From an uncultured Candidatus Saccharibacteria bacterium (GTDB lineage: Bacteria > Patescibacteriota > Minisyncoccia > Phycocordibacterales > UBA9973), in the NCBI GenBank assembly GCA_964456475.1, contig CAYVZI010000001.1, positions 11,762 to 75,761 on the forward strand: DNA of 64,000 nucleotides. The letters are read 5' to 3'. The notes beneath the pieces were generated by a model. The model did not search any database and was not told where the DNA came from. It worked only from the letters and a program-made list of their open reading frames with translations. A program made the translations under genes and the position numbers. Below, piece by piece: positions 28,026 to 38,126 of this stretch. The number at the start of each line of letters is the position of its first letter. Within the stretch, counting starts at the first letter, position 1.

Positions 28026-28984
28026 TATTTAAAATTGCAATAAGATGGTAATGAACGTGCGGCGCTGACATAGGTGCTCGCACTATCATGAATCGCCTTC
28101 ACATCGTCAAATCGGCCAAGCTCGGAAGACCCAAGTACCACTGCACCGAGAATATTATTCCCAGGCTCACGCCATAATACGGCCAAATTCCCTCCCGCAG
28201 TGTCAGTATAGCCTGTTTTTGAGGCCAATAATAGTGGCAAAGTATCAACTATTGGGTTCGTATTTTTAAGCAAAATAGCACGACCAGAGGACGATTTTAT
28301 CGTGATATCAGTTTTTGTACTCACGGCACTATACTCAGGAAAATCAAGATAATTATTGTGTAGTAAAAAAAGAACATCATGTGCAGACCCAAATGCGGTA
28401 GCAACAGTATCATCGATATCAAGACCTGTTGGATTGCCAAAACGAAGAGTTTTCAGTCCAAGTTCCTGCGCTTCGGAATTCATTTTTTCAACAAACGAGC
28501 TTTCACTTACACCGGTACTGCGTGACAACATCACCGCTGCGTGATTTACAGATCCTACAAGTGCAGCGGTTGCAAGTTCAGAAATTCTATAACTATCACC
28601 AGGTACGAATCCAAAAAAACCATCGGAAAGAAGATCCTGTTTTTGTACCGTATAAAATTCGTGTGGTACTGCATTTTTGAGCGCGGTACGAATGGTCATG
28701 ATTTTTGTGAGTGACGCCAAGGGTGATGGCAAATCATCATTCTTTCCTGCAATCTTCACTCCTTTTGTAAAATCATAGGCATAAAAAGCTTTTGCTTGTA
28801 CCTTCTGCAGGGCAGGAGTGAGCGTATTTTGCACCAAAAGATCTCGCATGCTGGTACATACGCGTTGTTGCTCTTTCAATTTTTCTTGTTGCACATGGAC
28901 GTAGAGATTTATCCCAGCGACAGGTACGAGTATCAAGAAAATAATGAGAAGACTATACAGCTGTGTTTTCTTGATTTTCTCCAT
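28025..28984 (-). CDS. D-alanyl-D-alanine carboxypeptidase (S11, PBP5-like)
   Basis: N-terminal TM, SxxK motif ASLTKIMT, and SVNHAA and KTGYT motifs. Confidence 0.8.
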   Translation of the reverse strand: MEKIKKTQLYSLLIIFLILVPVAGINLYVHVQQEKLKEQQRVCTSMRDLLVQNTLTPALQKVQAKAFYAYDFTKGVKIAGKNDDLPSPLASLTKIMTIRTALKNAVPHEFYTVQKQDLLSDGFFGFVPGDSYRISELATAALVGSVNHAAVMLSRSTGVSESSFVEKMNSEAQELGLKTLRFGNPTGLDIDDTVATAFGSAHDVLFLLHNNYLDFPEYSAVSTKTDITIKSSSGRAILLKNTNPIVDTLPLLLASKTGYTDTAGGNLAVLWREPGNNILGAVVLGSSELGRFDDVKAIHDSASTYVSAARSLPSYCNFK

Positions 28985-29155
28985 TTGGTGTTTCTTCTAA
29001 GAGTCTGTTCATAATGTAATGGCTAAGTAAAATTCTCAAATTTCGAGCGAAAATTGTACAGTTCGAGGAGGCATATACCTATATGTCGACGAGAGATGGG
29101 CAATTTGCAGCCGAAATTTGGGAATTTTAATAGACAAGCTTATTTGTTTTAGTAA

Positions 29156-29719
29156 TTATTCTGCGGTTACATTAGGAATAGACTCTTCTGCTTCTGCACC
29201 CTGCCCAGCTTTTTCGAGTTCGGCATGAATCCGTTCGTAATCCGGTAACTGTTGCACATTTTCTGCACCAAGGGTCGCGAGAAGTTCGATGGTCGGAGTG
29301 TACATAAATCGCTTGCGGTCATGCGGATACTGCTTGCGCTCAATCAGACCTCGCACAAGGAGTGAACGAAGGATAAATCCGGAATTCACACCGCGAATAT
29401 AGTCGATTTTTCCACGAGTGACATCCCTGCCGTACATTATGATCGAGAGTGTTTCGACCGATGCCTTTGAGAGCCCCTTACTTAATTCCTCTTTGAATAT
29501 TTTTTCCAACACAGCATGAGCCTCCGGATGAGTTCCGAGCGTCACAGTGTCTCCTGTCTTAAGTAAGTGAATACCGCGATTTTCAAGCGTTAGCTCGAGC
29601 TCAGATAATCCCGTGTGCATTTCCTCAGATGATGTTCCGAGTGCCTTACGCAATTCTTCGAGTGTCCATGGCTCAGCGCGAGAAAAAAGAAGTGCTTCAA
29701 TAAGTGATTGTAATTGCAT
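29156..29719 (-). CDS. scpB: segregation and condensation protein B
   Basis: IEALLFSRAEPWTLEELRK with a tandem wHTH. Adjacent to scpA. Confidence 0.85.
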   Translation of the reverse strand: MQLQSLIEALLFSRAEPWTLEELRKALGTSSEEMHTGLSELELTLENRGIHLLKTGDTVTLGTHPEAHAVLEKIFKEELSKGLSKASVETLSIIMYGRDVTRGKIDYIRGVNSGFILRSLLVRGLIERKQYPHDRKRFMYTPTIELLATLGAENVQQLPDYERIHAELEKAGQGAEAEESIPNVTAE

Positions 29720-29746
29720 ATAGTTAGATAATTAGTTGATTAGGTA

Positions 29747-30562
29747 CTAGGAAGCCTCAGTTGTTTCTTCGGTAACGTTTCCATTTTCGACATGATTTTT
29801 TCTTACTTCATCGCTGATACCAGAAAGTTCAATATCAGAAAATTCCATTCCTTGGAATGCATCCATCATACCAGAACGAACGAGTTCAAGCATGGCGAGG
29901 AACGATACAATGTAATTCTTGCGTGTCGCTTCCTCATCATCGCCGACAGAGACGGTCTTCTGCCATTCTCGAAAAGACACGCTGACCGCTGTCGCAATAC
30001 GCTCCGAGAGACTCGTAAGCATCTCATCAATGGTGATAATCTTTCGAATCTTTACTTGAGGCAATACCTCAACTTTCGGAACGCGATTCAAAGTATCAGT
30101 TACAGCCTGCAATAGCACTTGCTGTGTGAGTTTCGGGTCTGGCGCAAAAACACTGGTGAACAATTCTCGCTCTGGCGGCAAATGAATAATGACTTTACCG
30201 TAACGCTCACCAAGTTCTTCACTGATTCCACGAATCATACTGTAGAGTGCAAGGCGTGTTTCAAGATCGACGATATCTTTCTCTTCTTCTTTGGTCACAA
30301 TAAATCCCGGCAAGAGTGAGCGAGATTTTACGAGAATAAGGGTTGCCGCAATCGAGAGAAATGATGTGAGTTCTGAAAGGTCGTTTTTCGGCAAATTACG
30401 CGCATACGCCAAAAAGTCGTCCGTAACCGAAGCCAAAGAAATCTCATTGATAAAGAGCTTTCGGCTCTCCACAAGATTAAGCAACAGCTCCAGCGGCCCT
30501 TCAAATGAGGTCGTTTTGACAGTATATAAGCTCTTCACTTCAACTTCGTCCATATCCAACAT
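29747..30562 (-). CDS. scpA: segregation and condensation protein A
   Basis: GPLELLLNLVESRKLFINEISLASVTDDFLAY. Confidence 0.85.
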   Translation of the reverse strand: MLDMDEVEVKSLYTVKTTSFEGPLELLLNLVESRKLFINEISLASVTDDFLAYARNLPKNDLSELTSFLSIAATLILVKSRSLLPGFIVTKEEEKDIVDLETRLALYSMIRGISEELGERYGKVIIHLPPERELFTSVFAPDPKLTQQVLLQAVTDTLNRVPKVEVLPQVKIRKIITIDEMLTSLSERIATAVSVSFREWQKTVSVGDDEEATRKNYIVSFLAMLELVRSGMMDAFQGMEFSDIELSGISDEVRKNHVENGNVTEETTEAS

Positions 30563-30613
30563 TCTATCCTAATCGACCATTTACACAAGGTTAGAATCTG
30601 ATACAGTGTCTAT

Positions 30614-31930
30614 ATGTTTGATACATATATAAAATTACTCAAAGAATACGTTTCGTTTAAAAGTATTTCGACTGACTTGGCTTTTAAGGGAGATATGCAA
30701 AAGACTGTTGACTGGCTCACCTTTGTTTTAAAGCAATACGGATTCACTATTGAAATTTGGGAAACCAAACTTGCCAATCCTGTTGTATACGCAAAATATA
30801 TTGTTGACCCAAAAACTGAAACAGTACTTGTGTATGGCCACTACGACGTACAACCAGCAGAAAAAGCTGATGGTTGGACAGATGAACCATTTGATCTTTC
30901 TGTTCGAAAGGGCAAGCTTTTTGCACGCGGAGTTGTCGACAACAAGGGACAAAATCTCATTCACATTGTGACTGTTGGTGAACTTATCAAACAAGGCAAG
31001 CTCAAATACAATGTCATCTTCATGATCGAGGGCAACGAAGAGACTTCAAATCCAGAAATGACCAAGCTTGTGCTGCAGAAAAAGGCCAAACTCAAAACCG
31101 ACCACATTATCATTTCTGACGGAGAGATTATCGGCAACACTCCTACGATCGAAGCTTCACTTCGTGGAGGATTTAATATGACCGTTACTGTTCAAACCGC
31201 GCCTTCAAATTTACACTCAGGAATTTTTGGAGGAACAATTCCAAACTCAGCAAACGAGCTTTCAAAAGTCCTTGCCGGGTTGTTTGATAAAAATAATAAA
31301 GTCACGGTTCCTGGATTCTACGAAGGTGTTCCCGCTATTTCCCCTGCTACAAAAAAAGTTCTTCGTTCAATAAAAACCGATAAAGAAATAATGAAACTGG
31401 CAGGTGTAAAAGCACTTACTCCGGAAAAGGGTCTTGATCACTTCACACAAACAGGCCTTCGACCAACACTTCAAGTAACGGGAATCAAAACAGGATACAT
31501 CGGTGAAGGCTACGCAAATATCGTACCAGCTAACGCTGAAGCACGCATTAATGTGCGTTGTGTCGGCAAGCAAAATCCTGAGAAGGTATTTACTATGATC
31601 GCTGCGCATATCAAAAAACAGCTGCCGGCGTATGTAAAAACTACGATAACTCGAACAGACTGCAGTGATCCCGTCGTTGTTGACGTTGATTCAAAAAGCG
31701 CAAAGGAAGTTCGAAGTCTACTCAAAAAAGCATACGGCAAAGAGCCAATCGTTCACTATGTTGGCGGAGGAATCCCAATTGTCTCAGATTACAAAAATAC
31801 ACTAGGCAAAGATACACTACTCATCTCGCTCGGAAACGACGACTGCAATATGCACGGAATCGACGAGAATTTTACCGTTGACTTGGTAAAAAAAGGACTC
31901 AAATTCAGCGAACTATTTTTCTCGAAGTAG
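30614..31930 (+). CDS. M20-family peptidase (dipeptidase/ArgE-DapE-like)
   Basis: VYGHYDVQPA and GVVDNKGQ plus the metal-ligand pattern; 438 aa. Confidence 0.8.
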   Translation: MFDTYIKLLKEYVSFKSISTDLAFKGDMQKTVDWLTFVLKQYGFTIEIWETKLANPVVYAKYIVDPKTETVLVYGHYDVQPAEKADGWTDEPFDLSVRKGKLFARGVVDNKGQNLIHIVTVGELIKQGKLKYNVIFMIEGNEETSNPEMTKLVLQKKAKLKTDHIIISDGEIIGNTPTIEASLRGGFNMTVTVQTAPSNLHSGIFGGTIPNSANELSKVLAGLFDKNNKVTVPGFYEGVPAISPATKKVLRSIKTDKEIMKLAGVKALTPEKGLDHFTQTGLRPTLQVTGIKTGYIGEGYANIVPANAEARINVRCVGKQNPEKVFTMIAAHIKKQLPAYVKTTITRTDCSDPVVVDVDSKSAKEVRSLLKKAYGKEPIVHYVGGGIPIVSDYKNTLGKDTLLISLGNDDCNMHGIDENFTVDLVKKGLKFSELFFSK

Positions 31931-31943
31931 AACAAGCAAAAAA

Positions 31944-31975
31944 GAAAGCCTTGCGTAGCCGCAAGGCTTTTGTGT
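31944..31975 (+). terminator. intrinsic terminator
   Basis: aaagccttgcgtagccgcaaggctttt. Confidence 0.8.
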
Positions 31976-31997
31976 TATTAACTACAACTTCAATGCA

Positions 31998-32291
31998 TTA
32001 AATTTGATGCATTGAATTATGACAGTCTCCAGGTCCTCCCCAAACAATTTTTTTATCTTTGTCGACATGTTTTGCACTACGGTGAGTAAATAATTTTATT
32101 TTGTCATCCTCTTCTTTTTGCAATTGTTTGTTTTTGTATTCTTGCACATCATGTTCTTGCTTGGCATGGTAACCACCAAAAATTGAGTACTGGTCTTTTT
32201 CAGGCATTTCTGAAAAAGAAAGGTTGGAACAGTGGTCAACAAATAAAGCATTGTTTTGCTCGTTTGGATTAGTAACGTCGTTCTGTAACAT
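31998..32291 (-). CDS. hypothetical acidic protein
   Basis: 97-aa ORF with no SD. The gene call is uncertain. Confidence 0.35.
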   Translation of the reverse strand: MLQNDVTNPNEQNNALFVDHCSNLSFSEMPEKDQYSIFGGYHAKQEHDVQEYKNKQLQKEEDDKIKLFTHRSAKHVDKDKKIVWGGPGDCHNSMHQI

Positions 32292-32427
32292 AGTATGAAG
32301 TTTTTAAAGTACATGAATGTAAGGGGAATATGGTGGCCTATTCCTCTCGATATTTTTCGTACCACCGCGGTTAGGAGTTCTAGACATCCTAACCGCACTA
32401 GCACGAATCATGTTTTGTATTAAAAAA

Positions 32428-32460
32428 TAAACCCCGGATTCTGATCCGGGGTTTATTTTT
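32428..32460. terminator. bidirectional intrinsic terminator
   Basis: aaaccccggattctgatccggggttt flanked by A/T runs on both sides. Confidence 0.7.
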
Positions 32461-32683
32461 GAGTTGATTATATTATTTTCCAGTTCTGTCAATTATTTCT
32501 GAATGGAATTCAACGCAAAGATAAGCCCCCGATCGTGTGGTAGACGGGTGACTGAGTAAATCTTTGACCATTGACAGGTATTTGTGTTCGCGGCTGGATT
32601 CATAGAGTTGTAATTTGAGTGTAGCACCTTCAGGAACCTTGTCAATACTTCTGGGGAAAAACCTTGGTACCTAAAGATACCTA

Positions 32684-33694
32684 TTAGAACAAGAGAGCTG
32701 CGGGCTTTTTTTCACCAAAAACCGAAGGTCCAAAAAGTTTAACTCCTTCTGCTGACCTCCATAAAGCACCGGCTTTTCTTGCATAGATAATGAGATTTAC
32801 CCCTTTACTGATTTCAGTATTGTATAAAGGTCGGCCTTTAGTATTAAAACAAATAAGTAAATCGGGGCAAGATACAACGAGAGCATTGTTTACGTACAAA
32901 CCAAGATATTCGTTTTTTACTACCAGCTTAGCAATACCAAGTTTATTGTTTTTGATTGTAATTTCCTTGATTGAAAAGCCATTTTTTGTTTCTTTGTGTA
33001 CACGAACAACTTTCCCTATAAATATTTCTTGTGTACCCTTTGGCAATTTTCCATTTGTAATAATTTTTCCTGTTTGTATTGTTTCCGACACAGTATTTTT
33101 TTCAATTTTTCCAATTAGTTCTTTTACTTGCAATGGGTAACCTGCTACATATACTGCACATTGTTCTTGATCACTAAATTTGCGCAATTCTGACTCAATT
33201 GTATTAAATGACATTCTTCTTTTAAGAATTAAAGTATTATTTTTTTCAGACACAGCCACGAGCGGTGTCCTCCTCAAATTGAATAATGTGATTGTTTCAA
33301 GATAAACCTCAGGAGCAGACCTCCCCCCAACGAAATCAGCGTCAATTAATGGTATTTCCAGAATTGAGGAAAAATATGCAGAACATGCAAGCGCTGCAGG
33401 TCCAATTTCCACCGGGATGATGCCAGAGATTTTAGTACTAAGTAACGCTGAAAGCATTTGAACGGCTTTTTTTGCATATGGAAGAGGGTTTTTCTTTCCA
33501 GCATCCGACGGTCCAACACCGAATATAGTGATGCATAGATCATTCTTGTCTAAGTCGGTTAATTTGAGCAAATCAAATGCTTCCATCTTCCTATAAAATT
33601 TCTTTGCCAATTGTGGACTTCCTCCTCCACCAGTACCAAAAAAAGTACTGCCGAGCAACAATTCCTTTTCATATTTTTGTATTTTTATTTTCAT
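32684..33694 (-). CDS. DUF917-like protein (N-terminal GTGGGGSP glycine-rich motif)
   Basis: The N-terminal STFFGTGGGGSP pattern is as in hydantoinase-associated DUF917 proteins. The family assignment is from memory. Confidence 0.55.
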   Translation of the reverse strand: MKIKIQKYEKELLLGSTFFGTGGGGSPQLAKKFYRKMEAFDLLKLTDLDKNDLCITIFGVGPSDAGKKNPLPYAKKAVQMLSALLSTKISGIIPVEIGPAALACSAYFSSILEIPLIDADFVGGRSAPEVYLETITLFNLRRTPLVAVSEKNNTLILKRRMSFNTIESELRKFSDQEQCAVYVAGYPLQVKELIGKIEKNTVSETIQTGKIITNGKLPKGTQEIFIGKVVRVHKETKNGFSIKEITIKNNKLGIAKLVVKNEYLGLYVNNALVVSCPDLLICFNTKGRPLYNTEISKGVNLIIYARKAGALWRSAEGVKLFGPSVFGEKKPAALLF

Positions 33695-33748
33695 GTTTGT
33701 ATAAATGAAATGGGTACATTACTTGTGCAATGTACCCATATTGTAAAA

Positions 33749-34570
33749 TTATAATTCGTCATAACGCAACCTTCGGGTCGGTTCACCATTTTTGGCATAC
33801 CCGCGATAACCTATGATGCCAACATTCTTATTAATCCCCTCTTCGCCATAGGTATTTTTCTGAAACCACGCCTGAATATACCCAGGAACGTTTTCAGTAA
33901 AAGACATGTGATCTTCAGGTTCATAAATCACTGATTGATTGCTCAGACCCAATACATCTGCCCATAGACCTGTATACATAAGGGCAATAAGTGCAATGTC
34001 GCGATCGTTTGGTTGGCATTTCTTACCCATCATTCTTTCCCAAATTTTTAAAGCAACACTATGTTCTTTTTCAATTTCTGAAGTGTAGATGGGAGTGACT
34101 TCTCCCTTCCAACCGAACGACTGTAGGTGTTTTTTAACCAGTTCTACACCTTTTTCTTTATGTACTTCGTGAAAAATACATTTGAGTTCCTCCGCGGGCA
34201 ATGATGTCCACTTTGAAACCCTTCTTGCGAAGATAGAGTCTTCTACGACATATGTGATCTTTCGAACTGCTTTTGGAGGAACGCCAACCGTGTTAAAGAT
34301 TTGATCAATTCTTGGATACCAAGAATATATCCAGGTTCTAAAATCCTCGCAAGACCCAAATGTTATTTCGCGTTTGCGTATTGACTCTGACTCGCCCGTG
34401 AACAAGGAGCAGATTCCTCCGACCACGGTAGTGCAATTAGGATCAAATCCTTCCTTTCGAAATTGATGTCCTATGATGTGACTCTTTCCAAAGGCGTTGT
34501 TCCAAGACTCGGGAATTGCTTTTAATGCCTTGTGTGCCAATGTCCAAGGCAGTGTTTCGTTCGCATACAT
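33749..34570 (-). CDS. hypothetical protein
   Basis: 273-aa ORF with no recognised motif. Confidence 0.55.
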   Translation of the reverse strand: MYANETLPWTLAHKALKAIPESWNNAFGKSHIIGHQFRKEGFDPNCTTVVGGICSLFTGESESIRKREITFGSCEDFRTWIYSWYPRIDQIFNTVGVPPKAVRKITYVVEDSIFARRVSKWTSLPAEELKCIFHEVHKEKGVELVKKHLQSFGWKGEVTPIYTSEIEKEHSVALKIWERMMGKKCQPNDRDIALIALMYTGLWADVLGLSNQSVIYEPEDHMSFTENVPGYIQAWFQKNTYGEEGINKNVGIIGYRGYAKNGEPTRRLRYDEL

Positions 34571-34679
34571 ACGATATGAAGTTTTAAATGAACAATATGG
34601 TGACTTTTCGAGCCACCATCCTCAGGGGTTCATGACACCCCGAGGACACTGACGCGAAATTCTTCACAACAAACAAAAG

Positions 34680-34712
34680 AAAAGCCCCTGAGAGGGCTTT
34701 TCTTTTGTTTGT
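34680..34712 (+). terminator. intrinsic terminator-like hairpin with no annotated upstream plus-strand gene
   Basis: aaaagcccctgagagggcttttctttt. It is preceded by a second hairpin, cctcagggg...ccccgagg. Confidence 0.5.
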
Positions 34713-34866
34713 TGATTATGTATATAGTCCTAATCTTGTACAACAAAAAGATGCCCGCTCGCTGGGGTAAAATGTGTAAACCAAACAAAATTTGCGACAC
34801 TCTTTTTGAACATATTTAGATAGTAAACCTGGCCAACAATATTGTCAATAGCCGTGTGGAAAACAA

Positions 34867-34901
34867 AAATCCGCCGTAACCAGGTTACGGCGGATTTTTT
34901 G
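34867..34901. terminator. hairpin CCGTAACC-N-GGTTACGG with T-run
   Basis: aaatccgccgtaaccaggttacggcggatttttt. The same core appears at 9383-9405. Confidence 0.55.
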
Positions 34902-35086
34902 TTAGAGCGTAGTATTACGCAGCTGTTTCTTCAGTAGTTTCAGGAGTTGTTGTTTCTTCAGCTGGAGTAGCTTCTACAACTTCTTCGTCAACTACTGGTG
35001 TGTTGTTCTCATCCATGATGTAATTTTCGTTTAACTAGTAAGGCCCATACAGTAACATACTTATTCTTGATATCCTAACTTTTTGA

Positions 35087-36475
35087 TTACTTCTTAAGCT
35101 GAATTCCAAGCTCCTTGAGTTGCTTGTCAGAAATTGTACTTGGGGCACCCATCATAAGATCCTTACCTTCACCCGTTTTTGGAAATGCAATCACCTCGCG
35201 GATGTTTGGTTCATTTTGCAAAAGCATCACAATACGATCAATACCTTGCGCACATCCTCCGTGTGGTGGCGCACCATATTCAAACGCAGTAAGCATGTGC
35301 CCAAAGCGCGCTTCGATTGTTTCTTGAGAGAGACCAAGGAGAGTAAAAATTTTGTTTTGCATCTCGCGACTATGAATACGAATTGATCCTCCACCGAGTT
35401 CATAGCCATTAAGTACTATGTCGTATGCATTTGCACGGGCTTTGAGCGGTTCAGAATCGAGAAGATGAGCGTCCTCGGTTTTTACAGAGGTAAATGGATG
35501 ATGTACGGCTTGTACTCCCCCTTCAGAATCTTTTTCAAACATTGGGAAATCCACCACCCAACAAAAAGCGAGAAGATTTGGATCATTTTTGTCTTCGCGA
35601 AGGTCGGGCTTGTCGTTACCATACTTTTCCATTGACTCAGCGTATGTAAGACGTGGAAATGGAATCTGTTGAATACGTTTTTCGGGATATAAAGTTTGCA
35701 CCATTTCGATAAACATTGCTTCGGTATACGAAATCACATCCTCTTGCTCAACAAAAGACATCTCATAATCGAGTTGAGTAAATTCTGGTTGACGATCACC
35801 GCGTGTGTCTTCATCACGCATACAACGTGCGATCTGAAAGTATTTTTCAAAGCCAGCAACCATCGCAAGTTGTTTGAACTGCTGTGGTGATTGTGGAAGT
35901 ACATAAAAATTGCCAGGTTCGAGACGACTTGGAACGACATATTCACGAGAACCTTCTGGTGTACCCTTCATCAAAATAGGTGTTTCGATTTCGATGAAAT
36001 CACTCTTGTGCATGTATTCACGGAAAAATGATACGATTTTATCGCGCATTAAAATGTTTTTGTGGACACGCTCACTTCGAAGGTCGAGGTAACGATACTT
36101 CAAGCGAACCTCCTCACCTACAGGCATTGTGTCTGTATTGATTTCAAATGGTGGAGTTTCGGCCTTGTTTAATACCTCAATCGCTGTGACTTCGAGCTCT
36201 ACATCTCCCGCAACAACGTTTGGATTGATATTCTTTTCCGGACGCTTGTTGACGATTCCAGTGAGTTTGAGTACCCACTCAGGACGGATCTCTTTTGCTG
36301 CCTCAATGGCCTCTGTGTGATTTGGGAGGACAATACACTGGACCTTTCCCGCCATGTCGCGTAAGTCAAAAAAGACCATTTTCCCTTGGTCTCGACGCAC
36401 GTCAACCCAGCCTGCCATAGTGACGGTTTCGCCAATATGCCCTGAAATGTCCTTTGTGTATGTTCGGTTTATCAT
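35087..36475 (-). CDS. aspS: aspartyl-tRNA synthetase (short form, probably non-discriminating)
   Basis: OB-fold N-terminus and class II motifs (FRDE-like CMRDED, QSPQ, C-terminal GGGS.RIHS...GAPPHGG). 462 aa, lacking the bacterial insertion domain. Confidence 0.9.
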   Translation of the reverse strand: MINRTYTKDISGHIGETVTMAGWVDVRRDQGKMVFFDLRDMAGKVQCIVLPNHTEAIEAAKEIRPEWVLKLTGIVNKRPEKNINPNVVAGDVELEVTAIEVLNKAETPPFEINTDTMPVGEEVRLKYRYLDLRSERVHKNILMRDKIVSFFREYMHKSDFIEIETPILMKGTPEGSREYVVPSRLEPGNFYVLPQSPQQFKQLAMVAGFEKYFQIARCMRDEDTRGDRQPEFTQLDYEMSFVEQEDVISYTEAMFIEMVQTLYPEKRIQQIPFPRLTYAESMEKYGNDKPDLREDKNDPNLLAFCWVVDFPMFEKDSEGGVQAVHHPFTSVKTEDAHLLDSEPLKARANAYDIVLNGYELGGGSIRIHSREMQNKIFTLLGLSQETIEARFGHMLTAFEYGAPPHGGCAQGIDRIVMLLQNEPNIREVIAFPKTGEGKDLMMGAPSTISDKQLKELGIQLKK

Positions 36476-36543
36476 TTGTTTAATTTACCACAACTCGAGA
36501 ATTTGTGGAATTTTTTAGGATTTAGAGTTTAAGATTTAGAATT

Positions 36544-36584
36544 TCCACCTTTGGATAATTTATTTAAATTTATCCAAAGGTGGA
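36544..36584. terminator. 15-bp perfect palindrome hairpin
   Basis: tccacctttggataa-tttatttaaat-ttatccaaaggtgga. Confidence 0.6.
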
Positions 36585-36805
36585 TGCATTCCTTCCCCAA
36601 GCTTTTCAAATGGAATTGAAAGTCCGGCCGTGATTAGAAAAAGTAAATAATAGAGCGGTGTTGCAAGATAAAAAGAAACAATATCATTTCGTCTCCAATC
36701 TCTGTATCGTGACTGAAACCAAACAAAAAGAGTGTTGAGTGGGTAATAAAAGAGAGAAAGTATCGAGATGATTACTATTTTGATTGCAAAAATAATTGTT
36801 TTCAT
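36560..36805 (-). CDS. small membrane protein
   Basis: 81 aa with two hydrophobic helices. The C-terminus is read through the palindrome. Confidence 0.45.
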   Translation of the reverse strand: MKTIIFAIKIVIISILSLFYYPLNTLFVWFQSRYRDWRRNDIVSFYLATPLYYLLFLITAGLSIPFEKLGEGMHPPLDKFK

Positions 36806-36859
36806 TTTAGAGATAAGGGGGGCAATGATAAGGAAGAAGTAAACTCAACCAAAATCAAA

Positions 36860-37804
36860 TTACAGAAGTCCAACTGCATTTTTTACCGCAGACATTTTTG
36901 CTTTTGCACGAGCGATCACAATCTCACCACCACGACGAAGTACCTCCTCGACTATTTCGGGATGAGACTGTATTTCATTGTACTTTTCACGAAGAGGTCG
37001 GATGAACACTTTCACGTCTTCAGCAAGTGCCTCCTTGAGAATTTTGTACTTACCCTTATTTGCTTCATACAACGGAACGAGTTCAGCTTCGGTTTTGAAA
37101 AGCTTGTGAATCGCATACACATTGGTCGGTACATCACCTGATGAATCGGTGACAATACTCATCACCGCCTTGTCGATTTCTTCGTCGGTAGCAAAAAGTG
37201 GAATAGTATTCCCATAACTCTTACTCATTTTGCGTCCATCGATTCCAGGAACGATTCCCGTTGAATCCAAAATGAGCGATTCTGGCATTTTGAAATTTTC
37301 ACCCCAAAGATTGTTAAATTTTTGCGCCGTATCACGTGCTATTTCCACATGTTGCTTTTGGTCATTACCCACGGGCACCACATCCGGATCCTGCATCAAA
37401 ATGTCAGCGGCCATAAGTATTGGATAGTCGAAGAGGCCAACAGTCGCCTCCTTTCCATTGGCGATTGCATCCTTATATGCATGAGCACGTTCCAAATACG
37501 GCATTGTGGTCAAACAATTGAACATCCAAGTCAATTCACACAACTCTCCTCCGATAGTTGATTGCTTGAACAACACGACTTTTTCCGGATCGAGTCCGCA
37601 AGCCAGATATGTTGCCGTGATATTAAAAATTTGTTTTCGCAATTCCGCACTTTCTTTGACAGTTGTCAGTGCGTGTAGATCTGCTACAAAGACGTATGAT
37701 TCAAACGAATCCTGCATATCAACAAACTGCTTGATTGCGCCAAAGTAGTTGCCGATGTGTATATCGCCAGTCGGTTTGATTCCGGAAAGTAAGACTTTTT
37801 TCAT
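36860..37804 (-). CDS. trpS: tryptophanyl-tRNA synthetase
   Basis: HIGH-type KPTGDIHIGNYFG and KMSKS. Confidence 0.9.
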   Translation of the reverse strand: MKKVLLSGIKPTGDIHIGNYFGAIKQFVDMQDSFESYVFVADLHALTTVKESAELRKQIFNITATYLACGLDPEKVVLFKQSTIGGELCELTWMFNCLTTMPYLERAHAYKDAIANGKEATVGLFDYPILMAADILMQDPDVVPVGNDQKQHVEIARDTAQKFNNLWGENFKMPESLILDSTGIVPGIDGRKMSKSYGNTIPLFATDEEIDKAVMSIVTDSSGDVPTNVYAIHKLFKTEAELVPLYEANKGKYKILKEALAEDVKVFIRPLREKYNEIQSHPEIVEEVLRRGGEIVIARAKAKMSAVKNAVGLL

Positions 37805-38126
37805 ATAATATGAAGTATATCAAATTTCGGTAAATTAAAAAGAAGGGATCAAAATCCCCTCTTTTGTTAAAACTATCTATTTTAAAAATTAAGATCATGA
37901 TATGGAGTAAAATTTGCATAAAAACTCCACAGGTTATGACTACGTTTGGCTGGCTGGCAGGGCTCTTTTTTGTGCGTGGGCGTACCATGCACTAATCATT
38001 TGCCAAGTCTGTTTTTCTTAAGCATAGTCTTATCAAAACTATACGTCAAATCCAAATACACAGGCTATACACATACTTTGCATAAAACTAACTTTCCTCA
38101 AAAATCGCATGTGTTAGAATCGACTC

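Noticed and set aside
32304-32492. ORF 32304..32492
   Set aside because: It runs through a bidirectional terminator and strong hairpins, and it has no SD or motif. The region is more likely a non-coding RNA or UTR.
34911-35012. 34-codon acidic micro-ORF (MDENNTPVVDEEVVEATPAEETTTPETTEETAA) on the minus strand
   Set aside because: It has no SD and is low-complexity. It is noted but not called as a gene.
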